Origin: Eledone cirrhosa
Lineage: Eukaryota
Length of the DNA: 64,000 nt
Direction: 5' to 3'
NCBI GenBank assembly: GCA_964016885.1
Contig: OZ024741.1
Span: 103,540,001 to 103,604,000, forward strand
A program made the translations under genes and the position numbers. Positions 30,295-41,852 of this stretch are shown one piece after another. Every line of letters begins with the position of its first letter. Position 1 is the first letter of the stretch. Below the pieces are notes generated by a model. The model saw only the letters and a program-made list of their open reading frames with translations, ran no database searches and was not told the origin of the DNA.

Positions 30295-31240
30295 AATGGG
30301 CAATACGTGAAAAAACTAAATAGGGAGGATGTGGACGAACAAAATTAACAAAACTTGCTAAGCAGCACTGGACTAAAGCGGAAGGATTTCTAATTACAGC
30401 ACAAAATCAAAGCCACCACCACCACCAGAAACCACCAAATATACATAATGAAGCTGAACATAGTAACTACAGACTATGTGGTGATGGGGAAGAAACAATC
30501 AACCACATTATTTCTGGCTGCCCAGTCTTAATCAAAAAAGGAATATATCCACAGACATGATAGAATTGGGATTTACATACACTGGATGTTATGCCAACAC
30601 TATGAGATACCAACGGAATAGAGGTGGCACAAACATACGCAAGAAAAGATGTCAGAGAATGACAAAGCAAACATACCCTGAAATATGCCCATACACAGAG
30701 ACAGGGAGTTCAAAGCCAACCTAGCGAACATTCTAGCCAAAGGCCACAAAGAAAAAATGTCTTCTAGCCCAGTGCTTCTCAAACTATCTGATGTGGCGGA
30801 CCGGCATTTTTTTTTCAATGTGCCACGTACCGCTAATATTTCGTAGTAATATTAATTTATACCGGAAACGATATATATAATGAATATAATAATAGTTGAC
30901 CATTTTTTATCTTCTATTTATTTTGTAAACAAATAATACAATATCAAAACATATAAAAAAGTAATAAAAAAAATTCCTCAAATGATTCCTTAGCATGGCC
31001 GACACTGGCCGTGTACCGGTAGCTGATGGCTCGCGTACCGGCACCGGTCCGCGGACAACCACTTTGAGTAGCACTGTTGTAACCGATGTCTCTATCCAAA
31101 TATAATAATCTGGAGATAAAAATAACCTGAATGTGGATGATAATAGGTGCCTCAAATATTTACAGCACACAGAAAATAGCACTCCTAGGCACACATTACG
31201 AAAAGTATTCTCAATACAATAGAAATAACAATACTGCCCA
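30295..31240 (+). mobile_element. Old decayed R4/Dong-like LINE (B-related), interrupted by a MITE
   Basis: EGFLITAQ, RLCGDGEETINHIISGCPVL, RHDRIG, IHWMLCQHY, then DVSI after the MITE and QKIALLGT; many stops. Confidence 0.75.
30770..31076. mobile_element. hAT (Charlie-like) MITE, 307 bp
   Basis: TIRs CAGTGCTTCTCAAA / TTTGAGTAGCACTG; 8-bp flanks ttctagcc / ttgtaacc (6/8 identical, central TA). Confidence 0.8.
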
Positions 31241-31309
31241 TATCCAAGGCACCAGAGCTGTTTTCGGTAATTCAGTAACAACGCACAATGAAGATAAGAC
31301 TATCATTAA

Positions 31310-31520
31310 GTATCGGTAGAGTGTCAGACACCATGCTTTGCATAGAGTTATGACCCTTTACATTCTGCGTTTAAAACACGCCGAAGTTAGCTTTGCTTTT
31401 CATCCTTACGGGGTCGATAAAATAAAGTACCAGTAATACACTGAGGTCGATTTGGTCGACTTCCCCTCCCCTAAAATTGTTGGCCTTGGGCCTAAATCAG
31501 AAACCATTATTATTATTATT
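31310..31520 (+). mobile_element. S1 SINE with (ATT)n tail
   Basis: gttagctttgcttttcatccttacggggtcgataaaataaagtaccagt...ggccttgggcctaaatcagaaaccattattattatt. Confidence 0.8.
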
Positions 31521-31835
31521 GTTCTTTGAGTCTCACTCGTTGATGTTATTTAACTGGAAAGTTTGTTGAAATGAATATCAAGCCACTACCTGCAGCCTCA
31601 GACATTCAGGACGTATCGGAGGGTTCTTGCTGTTCCCAGCAAGCATGCCTTTTGAAGTGTTCCAAAAAGCGGGACTGGACTAATCTCCTTTAACCATCCT
31701 AGAAAATTCTTTGAGATAGTACCTAGTGCGCCTATGACAATCGGGACGACCTTGATTTCATGGCAGTTCCAAATCCGTTTTAACTCCCACTTTAAATCCT
31801 GGTATCGGTCAATTTTCTCTCTCCTTTTCTTGCAC
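31521..31835 (-). mobile_element. Diverged family A 3' fragment, tail-to-tail with the SINE
   Basis: Reverse complement of the family A 3' region (gaatatcaagccactacctgcagcctcaga.attcaggacgtatcggagggttcttgc). Confidence 0.85.
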
Positions 31836-32016
31836 TCTCTAACGTTTTCATATGTTAATCTGTCGATACAATAATTACACTGTTTTCATAGGTGAGGATT
31901 TTTGCTGGGAATGTTGTCATAAGCTTGTGTCCCAAATCGATTTGTTGAGCAAATTGTAAATAACGAGATCAAAATCACTGGACATCGATGTAAACCCTTA
32001 TGTATGTGTATATATA

Positions 32017-32707
32017 TACTGGTCCCAATAACTTTTTTTAGTTATTGCTCGCACCAACCTGAGGTATCTGATTTTTAATGCGATGAAATACCAATGATGG
32101 TTGGAAAATCACTGACGAAGGACTATTTTTATCATATGTAACCCATTTGCAACCACGCAGTATTCTTCTTTCTTCTCATGTTTTTTATATATATTTACCT
32201 CGGCTGCGTTTGTCTGTTTCTCTCTTACTGCTTCCCCGCTCTCTCTGTTTCTCTCGCCTTCTTTCGCCCCCTCTGTCAGTTACACTTTCTCTCGACTGAC
32301 CTCTTTCTCACACTTCCACTCACTCACTCTCTGTTTCTCCCCTTCTCACTTCCTCCCGTTTGGCTTGTAGTGGGTCTTTTCTTGCTTACATCTCACACAC
32401 ATCGGATGGTCTGTACCTCTCTCGCTCATGAAATCCACCCAGCTTATGCTGACCGGACAACCATGTTGCTTGTTTATTTTCCTATCTTCGGTTTACTTTT
32501 ATCCTTCTATGTTGTTTGCTTGTCCCCCTCGCTTTACGCGAATTACTGGTCCCAATAACTTTTTTTAGTTATTGCTCGCACCAACCTGAGGTATCTGATT
32601 TTTAATGCGATGAAATACCAATGATTGTTGGAAAATCACTCACGAAGGACTATTTTTATCATATGTAACCCATTTGCAACCACGCAGTATTCTTCTTTCT
32701 TCTCATG

Positions 32708-32709
<2 letters not shown>
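32017..32709. mobile_element. Non-coding element with 166-bp direct terminal repeats (period 527 bp) between TA tracts
   Basis: 32017-32182 is nearly identical to 32544-32709; CT-rich interior; possible degenerate hammerhead within each repeat. Confidence 0.7.
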
Positions 32710-32790
<81 letters not shown>

Positions 32791-33509
32791 TGCTCATATT
32801 GGTACCACCTACAGTCAGTGGCAGACTGGGTCTAAAAATATTGGTTACTAGAAGGAGGCCCACCTACATATAGAATGCTATCATTTAATTTTTATAATGA
32901 ATAAATAACATTTTCGAAAAACACATAAGTGGATACAAAACAGTGCAATCAAATTTTTGCGGAAAAATATCTTACCTTCTCCAATAAAAAAAATATTATG
33001 TATTTTGTGAAATCCAGAGACTTTTAATAATGACCAAAAGTCGGCCCTAAATATTACTAATAGCTCTAGTAAAGCCATGAACGACAACACATCATTTTAA
33101 CTTTGATTTTGAAAATCGCTTTATAATTATCAATTTTCATTACACATTTGTAACTGTCTCGGTGGCCTAGTTGGAGGAATCATAGACGGTGGTGATCCTG
33201 GTCGGGAGTAGGGGTCCCAGTAAACCTTTTCAGTTTTTTTCTATTGGTTGTAAAATAAAAACTGAAAAAGATTACATGTACCTCTTTACCAGAATTGAAC
33301 CCAAGATCAGGATCTCCACCGTCTCTAGCACCTACAGAGACAACTACAAAAATCTTATGAAAATTCATACTTAGAAACCTACTTTCAACATTTTCAAAAC
33401 AAAGTGTTGTGGTGTCGTTCATGTCTTTCTTAATGTTATTTCTCCTACTTAAGGTCGACTTTCTATAATGACTTTGGTCTTTCACACTCACTCAATATAT
33501 ATATATATG

Positions 33510-33547
<38 letters not shown>

Positions 33548-33549
33548 GC

Positions 33550-33822
33550 AAAGTGGTCGTGGAGGTGCCACGGCAAAAAATCACCCAGCCCACACTGTAA
33601 AGTGATCGTGTAGGCGCCACGGAAAAAAAGCACTAGCACTCACTGTAAATGATGTTGATGTTAGGAAGGGCATCAAGCTGTAGAAATCAAGACAAAATCA
33701 GTTCCCGTATGAGCAAGACAACGTCAGCCAACCGGGCACTACCCACAACAGGACACCCCGTTTAACCCATGCTAACATGGAACAATGGACGTAAAACGAT
33801 GATGATGATCATCATCATCATA
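33550..33822 (+). mobile_element. SINE 3' portion with (GAT)n tail (family S3)
   Basis: gttaggaagggcatc.agctgtagaaa...aacccatgctaacatggaa.aatggacgtaaaacgatgatgatgat. Confidence 0.65.
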
Positions 33823-33926
33823 TATACACACCACCTTCACCACTAATTGATTTGACAGATGTCTTTAACCCATTGATACCAAATATTATTTGGTCAGTAG
33901 TTCGTGTATAAGTATATTAAAATATA

Positions 33927-34075
<149 letters not shown>

Positions 34076-34206
34076 GTGAGGGTTTTTTTACAAATTGAAA
34101 AATAACCGAGGTGTCCTACACGAGTGAAAGTATAAAGAAAAAGAGATGAAATCGAAAATGCAACTGGAGTCTTATTTTTTTTTTAAATATATATATTTAT
34201 TTGGTT

Positions 34207-34244
34207 CCTTTACCGGTTTCGCAGTTCTTCTGCTTTTCAAAAGG
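34207..34244 (-). ncRNA. Mirror copy of the same hammerhead in the left palindrome arm
   Basis: Exact reverse complement of 34320-34357. Confidence 0.75.
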
Positions 34245-34319
34245 TGAGTTGAGATGGAGGGTCTGTGGTTTTTCTCACATCTGATGTGAGAAAAACCACA
34301 GACCCTCCATCTCAACTCA

Positions 34320-34357
34320 CCTTTTGAAAAGCAGAAGAACTGCGAAACCGGTAAAGG
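34320..34357 (+). ncRNA. Minimal type I hammerhead ribozyme, U3-A8 variant
   Basis: cctt-TTGAAAA-GCAG-aagaa-CTGC-GAAAC-CG-GTA-aagg: helix I cctt/aagg, 4-bp helix II, palindromic helix III ACCGGT, GUA triplet. Confidence 0.75.
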
Positions 34358-34418
34358 AACCAAATAAATATATATATTTAAAAAAAAAAGACTCCAGTTG
34401 CATTTTCGATGTCATCTC

Positions 34419-34471
<53 letters not shown>

Positions 34472-34473
<2 letters not shown>

Positions 34474-34868
34474 GAATTGGTTGGTGATCTGAAATAGCTA
34501 TATATATATGAATGTATATATAGTGTATTTTGCAATACACTGTATGCTTAATTAAAAGCATTTCGAAGACCTTATGTTTTAGAGTAGTGACAGACTCACT
34601 TACTTTACAGACTCACTTACTTTAATTTTCAGCAAACAGGGTGAGATAAAGCTGACAAGGCCTTGTTTCGCATTTATTGATGCTTATCAAAGCCAACTAC
34701 TCCTCCTGTTTGCTGAAATCATGGATGTTTGGTTCTTATAGAATTCTAGTAAATAATCAGGAACTGATTATACAGAGCGGTTGCCGGTCAAGCAGAAATT
34801 GAAAATTAGAATTGGTACTCTGAAATAGCTATATATATATGAATGAATATATAGTGTATTTTGCAATA

Positions 34869-34872
<4 letters not shown>
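34472..34872 (-). mobile_element. Terminally redundant non-coding element (period 331 bp) containing a hammerhead; retrozyme/Penelope-like
   Basis: tctgaaatagctatatatatatgaatg.atatatagtgtattttgcaatacact at 34488 and 34819; (TA)n on both sides. Confidence 0.7.
34650..34694 (-). ncRNA. Minimal type I hammerhead ribozyme, U3-A8 variant
   Basis: Minus strand ggct-TTGATAA-GCAT-caataa-ATGC-GAAAC-AAGGCCTT-GTC-agct: all three helices pair, palindromic helix III ACAAGGCCTTGT, GUC triplet. Confidence 0.82.
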
Positions 34873-34952
<80 letters not shown>

Positions 34953-35056
34953 GTCAATACTCATCTTTTTCCATTTCTCCGAGGGTTCTTAACCCCACTA
35001 TCAGGCTAAATAATTTCTTTAATTTCTTTAGTCAAAATACGGCGATACCTTATATT

Positions 35057-35209
<153 letters not shown>

Positions 35210-35217
35210 GTGTGCGC

Positions 35218-35313
<96 letters not shown>

Positions 35314-35353
35314 GAAATCAAAGAACGCTTACAAACTCAAACAGTTTTTATTT

Positions 35354-35398
35354 GCTGACAATGTTTCATCCATACCGTTGGGCAGGAATCATCAGAGC
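35354..35398 (-). ncRNA. Minimal type I hammerhead ribozyme
   Basis: Minus strand gct-CTGATGA-ttcctgcccaacggtatggat-GAAAC-att-GTC-agc; canonical core, with U-U at the base of helix II. Confidence 0.72.
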
Positions 35399-36061
35399 TT
35401 AATAAACAAAAACACAGTGCTGAGTATAAGCTCTACCAAGCTTAGTCACACAAACAATTGGAATACAATAGAGGGTAAAAATAGGGAGATCGGAGATGGC
35501 GAATAAGGAGAGAGTACGTGTTGGGGTTGTTATTAAGCACTACAGCTAAATGCTAGAGTACAGGCACATTTTTTCAAAAGATGCAGATGCAAGTGATGGC
35601 ACACAAAAGCAAAAAGTATAAACAATGGTTAAAACATATAATAAAAAAGTAAAAGAAAGATAATATAAAGAGATAAAAAATAAATTAAAAAGATTTTAAA
35701 AATTTAAAAAGAAAAAAGGAAAAAAGAAAAAGGGAAAAAAGAAAAAAAGAAATAAGAAAAAGTTTTAAGCACATAAAAAGCCAGAGGAAGTTAAGCGCTG
35801 GTCCCTATATATAACAAGTGAATAAGATTTCCGTAACTTATAGTTATATAAGTATTTAGAGTTTCTTAAGGTACCTCCAAAAAGCCCAAAGTGATTTTAA
35901 TCCTCGCCATAGTATACATAAACAAGGTATACTAGTAGGTAATTGAATTACATGGCCCATGGGTGTTCAACAAGTATATAGACAGGTACCATATAAATAC
36001 AAGCCATACACAAGCAAAGCGGGGTCATTACAAGTTAGAGCTGAAGCAAAAAAAAACAACA

Positions 36062-36126
<65 letters not shown>

Positions 36127-36483
36127 AAAATGTTTGATTATCGCTAAATATTGATGTTGATTTGGTTATCAATATTAATATTATTGGGCACTCACTGAAG
36201 AATTATAAGAGCCCACTTGTATAAGTATCTGTTGATCTTATACAAGCTTCTACATAATTTGGTATAATTTCATCCAACTTGTAGAAATCTTATAATGAAA
36301 CGAGTCGTCTGGGAAGGGATATATTTGATATATCTCATATGAAATGATACACCCAATTCTCCACACAATACAATATAGTTAGCACCCGAACGTTTAATTA
36401 GGAATATACTCAGATATTTCCTAATGTTTGTTGAATGAGTTGGAATTTGGCCGGAGTATCGCTATCAGCTTTCTCCGTTTATG

Positions 36484-36515
<32 letters not shown>

Positions 36516-37374
36516 AGCAATATCAGCATGATTTAGACTGTTCACTTGAATGAACACATATACATGTTTACATATGATAACTATACATTTAATCGCGCTG
36601 TGGATAATTTAATCTATGATCATAACCCAGCTACTTCAGTATTATACGTTAACTAAATTCTATATGGATTCTTAAATCCCTTTATTCTGAATCACGCTGT
36701 GTTTGTACTATCACTATCTGGTCAGGATTTCTTTATATGTAAATAAGCCTTCGCATACACACACACACGCACTGTATCTCTCTCTCTCTCTCTCACCCCC
36801 CCCCCTTCCCTCTATCTATTTATCTATCTATTTTTTTCTCTCAAGAAATCGACTTTTTTCTAACCGGAAGAGGGATGGGTTCGGCCAGATTTTAAATGTC
36901 CAAAGCACGCTGTATGATATGATGACGCCCCTACGACGTTATAAGGAGTTAAGGGCACACGGATGGATGGAAATATTTTATATGGTTTCATGTATGTTTT
37001 TTATTTTATGTAAATTCCTTCTCGCTTTCCCTTTTGTAAACACAAACGTTAACCAATTCATATATGGATGTTTATATATGTGTGACTGCATATATGTGTG
37101 TTTGTTTAGGCATATATGTATGTGTGCATGTGTGTGTGATTAGGTATGCATGTATGTTAAATTGTATGTTAAATACTATGCCCCTCTCTCCCCAATACAT
37201 CCCTACCCTATCTCATAAGAGGTCAATGTTTAAAGGTCACGTCGAGAAAAGAATATAAAGGAAAAAGAAAACCAAATAGAAATAAAGGGGGTCGTAATCG
37301 GCTTTTAGTTCTTTTCACCATAACAAAATCTAAACAGTTTTAAAATCTGAACAGTTGTATGCGTTATACTAGTG

Positions 37375-37396
37375 TTACTACTACTACTACTACTAT

Positions 37397-37449
<53 letters not shown>

Positions 37450-37484
37450 TACTATTACTACTACTACTACTACTACTATACTAT

Positions 37485-37517
<33 letters not shown>

Positions 37518-37770
37518 ACTAAAACTACCACAACAACAGCTACTATCAACACCACAGCCACAACTACCACCCCCACTACCACAATTACCACCACCACTAC
37601 TGCCGCCGCCACTACAAATACTATAACTACTACCACCACCACCGCCACAACCACCACCACTACAACTACTACTAAAACTACCACAACAACAGCTACTATC
37701 AACACCACAGTCACAATTACCACCCCCACTACCACAATTACCACCACCACTACCGCCGCCGCCACTACTA
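37375..37770. repeat. (ACT)n tract followed by an ACC/ACT-rich block duplicated with a 153-bp period
   Basis: actaaaactaccacaacaacagctactatcaacaccacag at 37518 and 37671. Confidence 0.8.
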
Positions 37771-38067
37771 CATACAGCCAGACACAATCTATGTTCTTTA
37801 ATATGTTTGAGTCAGCCAAGCCGTCGTCAAAACGTCGCAGTTCTTCATCAACTACTTACAACTATTTCACACCTCTTCACTTTAATTCTTCATATATTTA
37901 TTTATTTTACTGTATACATAGCATCATTTTCTCTTTAAATCGTTTATACATACATATATACAGACATATGTACATAGATACGTACATACGTACATACATA
38001 CATACATACATACATACATACATACATACATACATACATACATACATACATACATACATACATACAT

Positions 38068-38707
38068 AAACACATTAACAGCTACAACAATGTGGAAGAC
38101 ATCCATGTACATAATATGAAAGCGTACTGGTGGAATGTTCCAGTAAAAACTCCAATAAAATGCAGGCATAACAGACCAGATATTATGATATGGGACAGGG
38201 AGAAGAAAACATGCACAGTAGTGGAAATTAGCTGCCCAGCAGATGTCAATATAATATCGAAGATTAGCGAAAAGGATAATATTTATGCAGAACTGATGAG
38301 AAATCTGCAGATACTCCACCCTGATTATACCCTCAGATTTATGCCTGCGATTATTGGGGCACTGGGATATGTTAGTAACTGCCTCAATACAAATCTTGAG
38401 AAGCTGGGCTTCACAGGAACAGAAAGAACACAACTAGTTAGGAAATTACAAGTACAATCCATTAATGGAACAGTAAAAATATGTAAAACATCCCCAAAAT
38501 TTGCATAACTGCATATACACATGTACAGATGCAAAGCATATACACATGCACACATACAACTCAAAAATACACATCCACACATACAATAACATCCATATCT
38601 ACACATGCATGCATACATACATATCTATCTAGTTGATATTGTGTCTATGTTAGAAACCGACTCTCTCTCTATTGGTAAAACTTTGTGAAATTATAAAACC
38701 AGAAGAA
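38068..38707 (+). mobile_element. 5'-truncated RLE LINE family C in (CATA)n
   Basis: YWWNVPV..HNRPDIMIWD...VVEISCP...EKDNIY...IIGALG is a PD-(D/E)xK RLE of R4/R2-group type; UTR ends tataaaaccagaagaa-catac. Confidence 0.9.
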
Positions 38708-39101
38708 CATACATGTGACATACATACATACATACATACATACATACATACATACATACAGGTGACATACATACATACATGCAAGCATGCATACATACAT
38801 GCGACATACATACGTATATACATACATGCAATCATACATACATACATACATACATACATGCGACATACATACATGCAATCATGCATAGATACATGCGACA
38901 TATATACATACATACATGCAAGCATACATACATACATGCGACATACATAAATACATACATGCAAGCATACATACATGCGACATACATAAATATATACATA
39001 CATACATACATACATACATACATACATACATACATACATGCAAGCATACATACATGCATGCGACATACATAAATATATACATACATACATACATGCGACA
39101 T

Positions 39102-39708
39102 GGTGGCTGCCAACTCGTTTTCGAGTACGGCCACTACTTTATATCCATGTAGGAGAACCCCTACCGATGCGCTGAACGAGTGTGACTTTTTAGTCCAGCC
39201 AGCGACTTGAAAACTCTGGTACAAACACTACACTTGTGACAATTATCGACACATAGTGCTTTGCCTTTGGTACCATGTGACGATAAGTGCAGAGAGACCT
39301 CCAGATATAAAGCAATGCCTGTGCTGTGAAGCTTTTATAGTGAGCAAAGGCACTGCACAAAGCCAGTCCCACTCTCTTAACCAAGATGATATTTACCAAA
39401 AAGAAGAACAAGTCAACATCATTGGATACCATCAGGGTTGCAGGTGTTATATCAGAGTTTTCCTTCTCTTAGAATTCTGCCTTGACAAAGGCTAAGGGGT
39501 CATCTCTCCCAGTGATTTTGGATGGCCATTGACTCTTAAGAGCTCCTTTGCCCTTCGACAGGTTTTGTTTTTAGTCCTGCAGGATGTCCAAAGTCACCCT
39601 CCTCACCAAGAAACCTTGGTGGGGTTGCCAGTTTAGTCGCCAACGACCCGACCATGAGACAGGTTGTACTGGGATACATGTTACCAGTAGCACCAAGTGG
39701 TGACCTGA
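39102..39708 (-). mobile_element. Family F non-coding RTE-like element, apparently full length (~607 bp)
   Basis: Colinear with the family G 5' end at 40250-40433; CATA-type repeats on both sides. Confidence 0.82.
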
Positions 39709-39898
39709 CATACATACATACATACATACATACATACATACATACATACATACATACATACATACATACATACATACATACATACATACATGCAAGCATA
39801 CATACATGCATGCGACATACATATATACATGCATACATACATATATACATACATACAAGCATACATACATGACATGCGTCATACATACATATATACAC

Positions 39899-40432
39899 GA
39901 TGACTGCAAACTCTACTAAGACTACTACAATCGCTTGTCAGATTACAGAAAATTGTGCACTTTTAGGCTATGGCCAGGCACACATAACTGTAACAGATCC
40001 TGAACAATGCCTGTGCTTTGAATGTTTTTATAAGTGCGGAAAGGCTGTGCACTCGACGAACCCCACTCTCTGAGCATCGAAAACACTACCCAGAAAGGAG
40101 AACTGGTCAACATTATCGGATGCTTCCGAAGCCGCAGGATTTTTTTTTTTTTTTTTCAGAGTTTCCCTCTCCTAGAAAGGTGCTGTGAGAATAACTGGGG
40201 GTCTTTCACTCCCAGGTAAAAAATAAAAATAAAAAGTACTATTTGGATGGCCGTTTACTCTGCCGAGTTCCTCCACTCTTTCCCGGGTCTTGTATTTCAT
40301 CCCGCAGGGTGTCCAAATATCCCCTCATCACCAAACTAGCTTGGTGGGATTGCCGGTTTAGTCGCCGACGAGCCGACCATGAGAATGGTTGTACTAGATT
40401 ACATGTTACCAGTAGCACTCGAGAGCGACCTG

Positions 40433-40433
<1 letters not shown>
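39899..40433 (-). mobile_element. Diverged F/G-related element
   Basis: Shares catgttaccagtagcac....g.gacctga-(CATA)n, ttagtcgcc.acga.ccgaccatgaga and caacat.atcgga with family F. Confidence 0.72.
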
Positions 40434-40463
<30 letters not shown>

Positions 40464-40562
40464 TACATATATACATTCATATATACATATATACATACAT
40501 ACATACGTAAATACATAAATATACATACGCACGTACATGGAGGCATACATACATACATATGT

Positions 40563-41011
40563 GGTGGCCGCCAACTCGTTTTCGAGTACGGCCACTACTT
40601 TATATCCATGTAGGAGAACGCCTACCGATGCGCTGAACGAGTGTGACCTTTTAGTCCAGCCAGCGACTTGAAAACTCTGGTACAAACACTACACTTGTGA
40701 CAATTATTGACACATAGTGCTGGGCCCATGGAACCATGTGACGACAAGTGCAGAGAGATCTCCAGACAAAGCAATGCCTGTGCCTTGAAGCTTTTATAGT
40801 GAGCAAAGGCACTGCACAAAACCAGTCCCACTCTCTTAACCAAGATGATATTTACCAAAAAGAAGAACAAGTCAACATCATTGGATACCATCAGAGTTGC
40901 AGGAGCTCTTAAGAGTCAATGGCCATCCAAAATCACCGGGAGAGATGACCCCTTAGCCTTTGTCAAGGCAGAATTCTAGGAGAAGGAGAACTCTGATATA
41001 ACATCTGCAAC
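40563..41011 (-). mobile_element. Family F copy with an inverted 5' segment
   Basis: 40563-40903 is colinear with 39102-39443; ~40902-41011 is the reverse complement of ~39437-39546. Confidence 0.82.
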
Positions 41012-41100
41012 ATACATACATACATACATACATACATACATACATACATACATACATACATACATACATACATACATACAAACATACATACATACATACA

Positions 41101-41832
41101 CAAATGGAACTATAAAAATATGCAAAACATTTCAGAAATTCAGCATGTAATAATTGCATATATACACATGTATAGATACAAAAACATATGCACGTGTACA
41201 CATGCAACTCGAAACATACAGATATACACATGCAATAACTCACATACCTGAGGCACACACAAACATATACAAACATGCATACGTATTTAGCAAGTTGGTG
41301 CTATGTAAATTCCAACGAAAGAGTCTTGCTTCTGTATCAGAAATTGACTTTTATCGGGGAAAATTTATGAAAATGATTTCTACAATAAGCACAAGGCCAG
41401 CAATTTATGGGAAGGGAAAGTCGATTAAATCGACTCCAGTGCATTACTGGTACTTTATTTTAATCGACCCCGTGGGGATGAAAGGTAAAGCTAACCTCGG
41501 CGCGATTTGAAAATTTATAAAATAATTGTTTCTACTTTTGGCACAAGGCCAGCAATTATCCAGTACATTACTGGTACTTTATTTTATTGATCCCGTAAGG
41601 ATGAGAGGCAAAGTTAACCTCGGCGGGATTTGAACTCAGATTGTAAAAGGATGTAATTATGCTGGAAAGCATGTTCGACCATCTACTGATACTGCCAATT
41701 CACTATAAAATAATTGTTTCTACTTTTGGCACAAGGCCAGCTATTATCCCAGTGCATTACTGGTACTTTATTTTATCGACCCCATAAGGATGAAAGGCAA
41801 AGTTAACCTCGGCGGGTAATGAAACCAGAACA
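41101..41832 (+). mobile_element. Family C 3' fragment interrupted by three stacked S1 SINEs (41375-41817, minus)
   Basis: aatggaac..taaaaatatg.aaaacattt...aaatttatgaaaat, then SINEs starting at ~41377, 41528 and 41716, then the family C terminus gaaaccagaacat. Confidence 0.75.
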
Positions 41833-41852
41833 TGTATTCATACATTCATGCA

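Larger units (their letters stand above)
34138..34423. repeat. Near-perfect 286-bp palindrome (1-nt spacer at 34282)
   Basis: Centre ...ctcacatc-t-gatgtgag...; arms differ only by one substitution and a small indel at an oligo-T/A run. Confidence 0.97.

Noticed and set aside
33157-33345. tRNA-like sequences in inverted orientation
   Set aside because: No cloverleaf can be folded; probably decayed SINE heads. The same applies to 44950-45060 and 45500-45580.
39560-39708. HDV-like ribozyme at the 5' end of family F (GGTAACATG, CTAA motifs, candidate P1 ggtcacc/ggtgact)
   Set aside because: I could not build a consistent P2/P3/L3/P1.1 double pseudoknot, and the candidate P1 is not conserved in the related copy at 40250-40433; a covariance search is needed.
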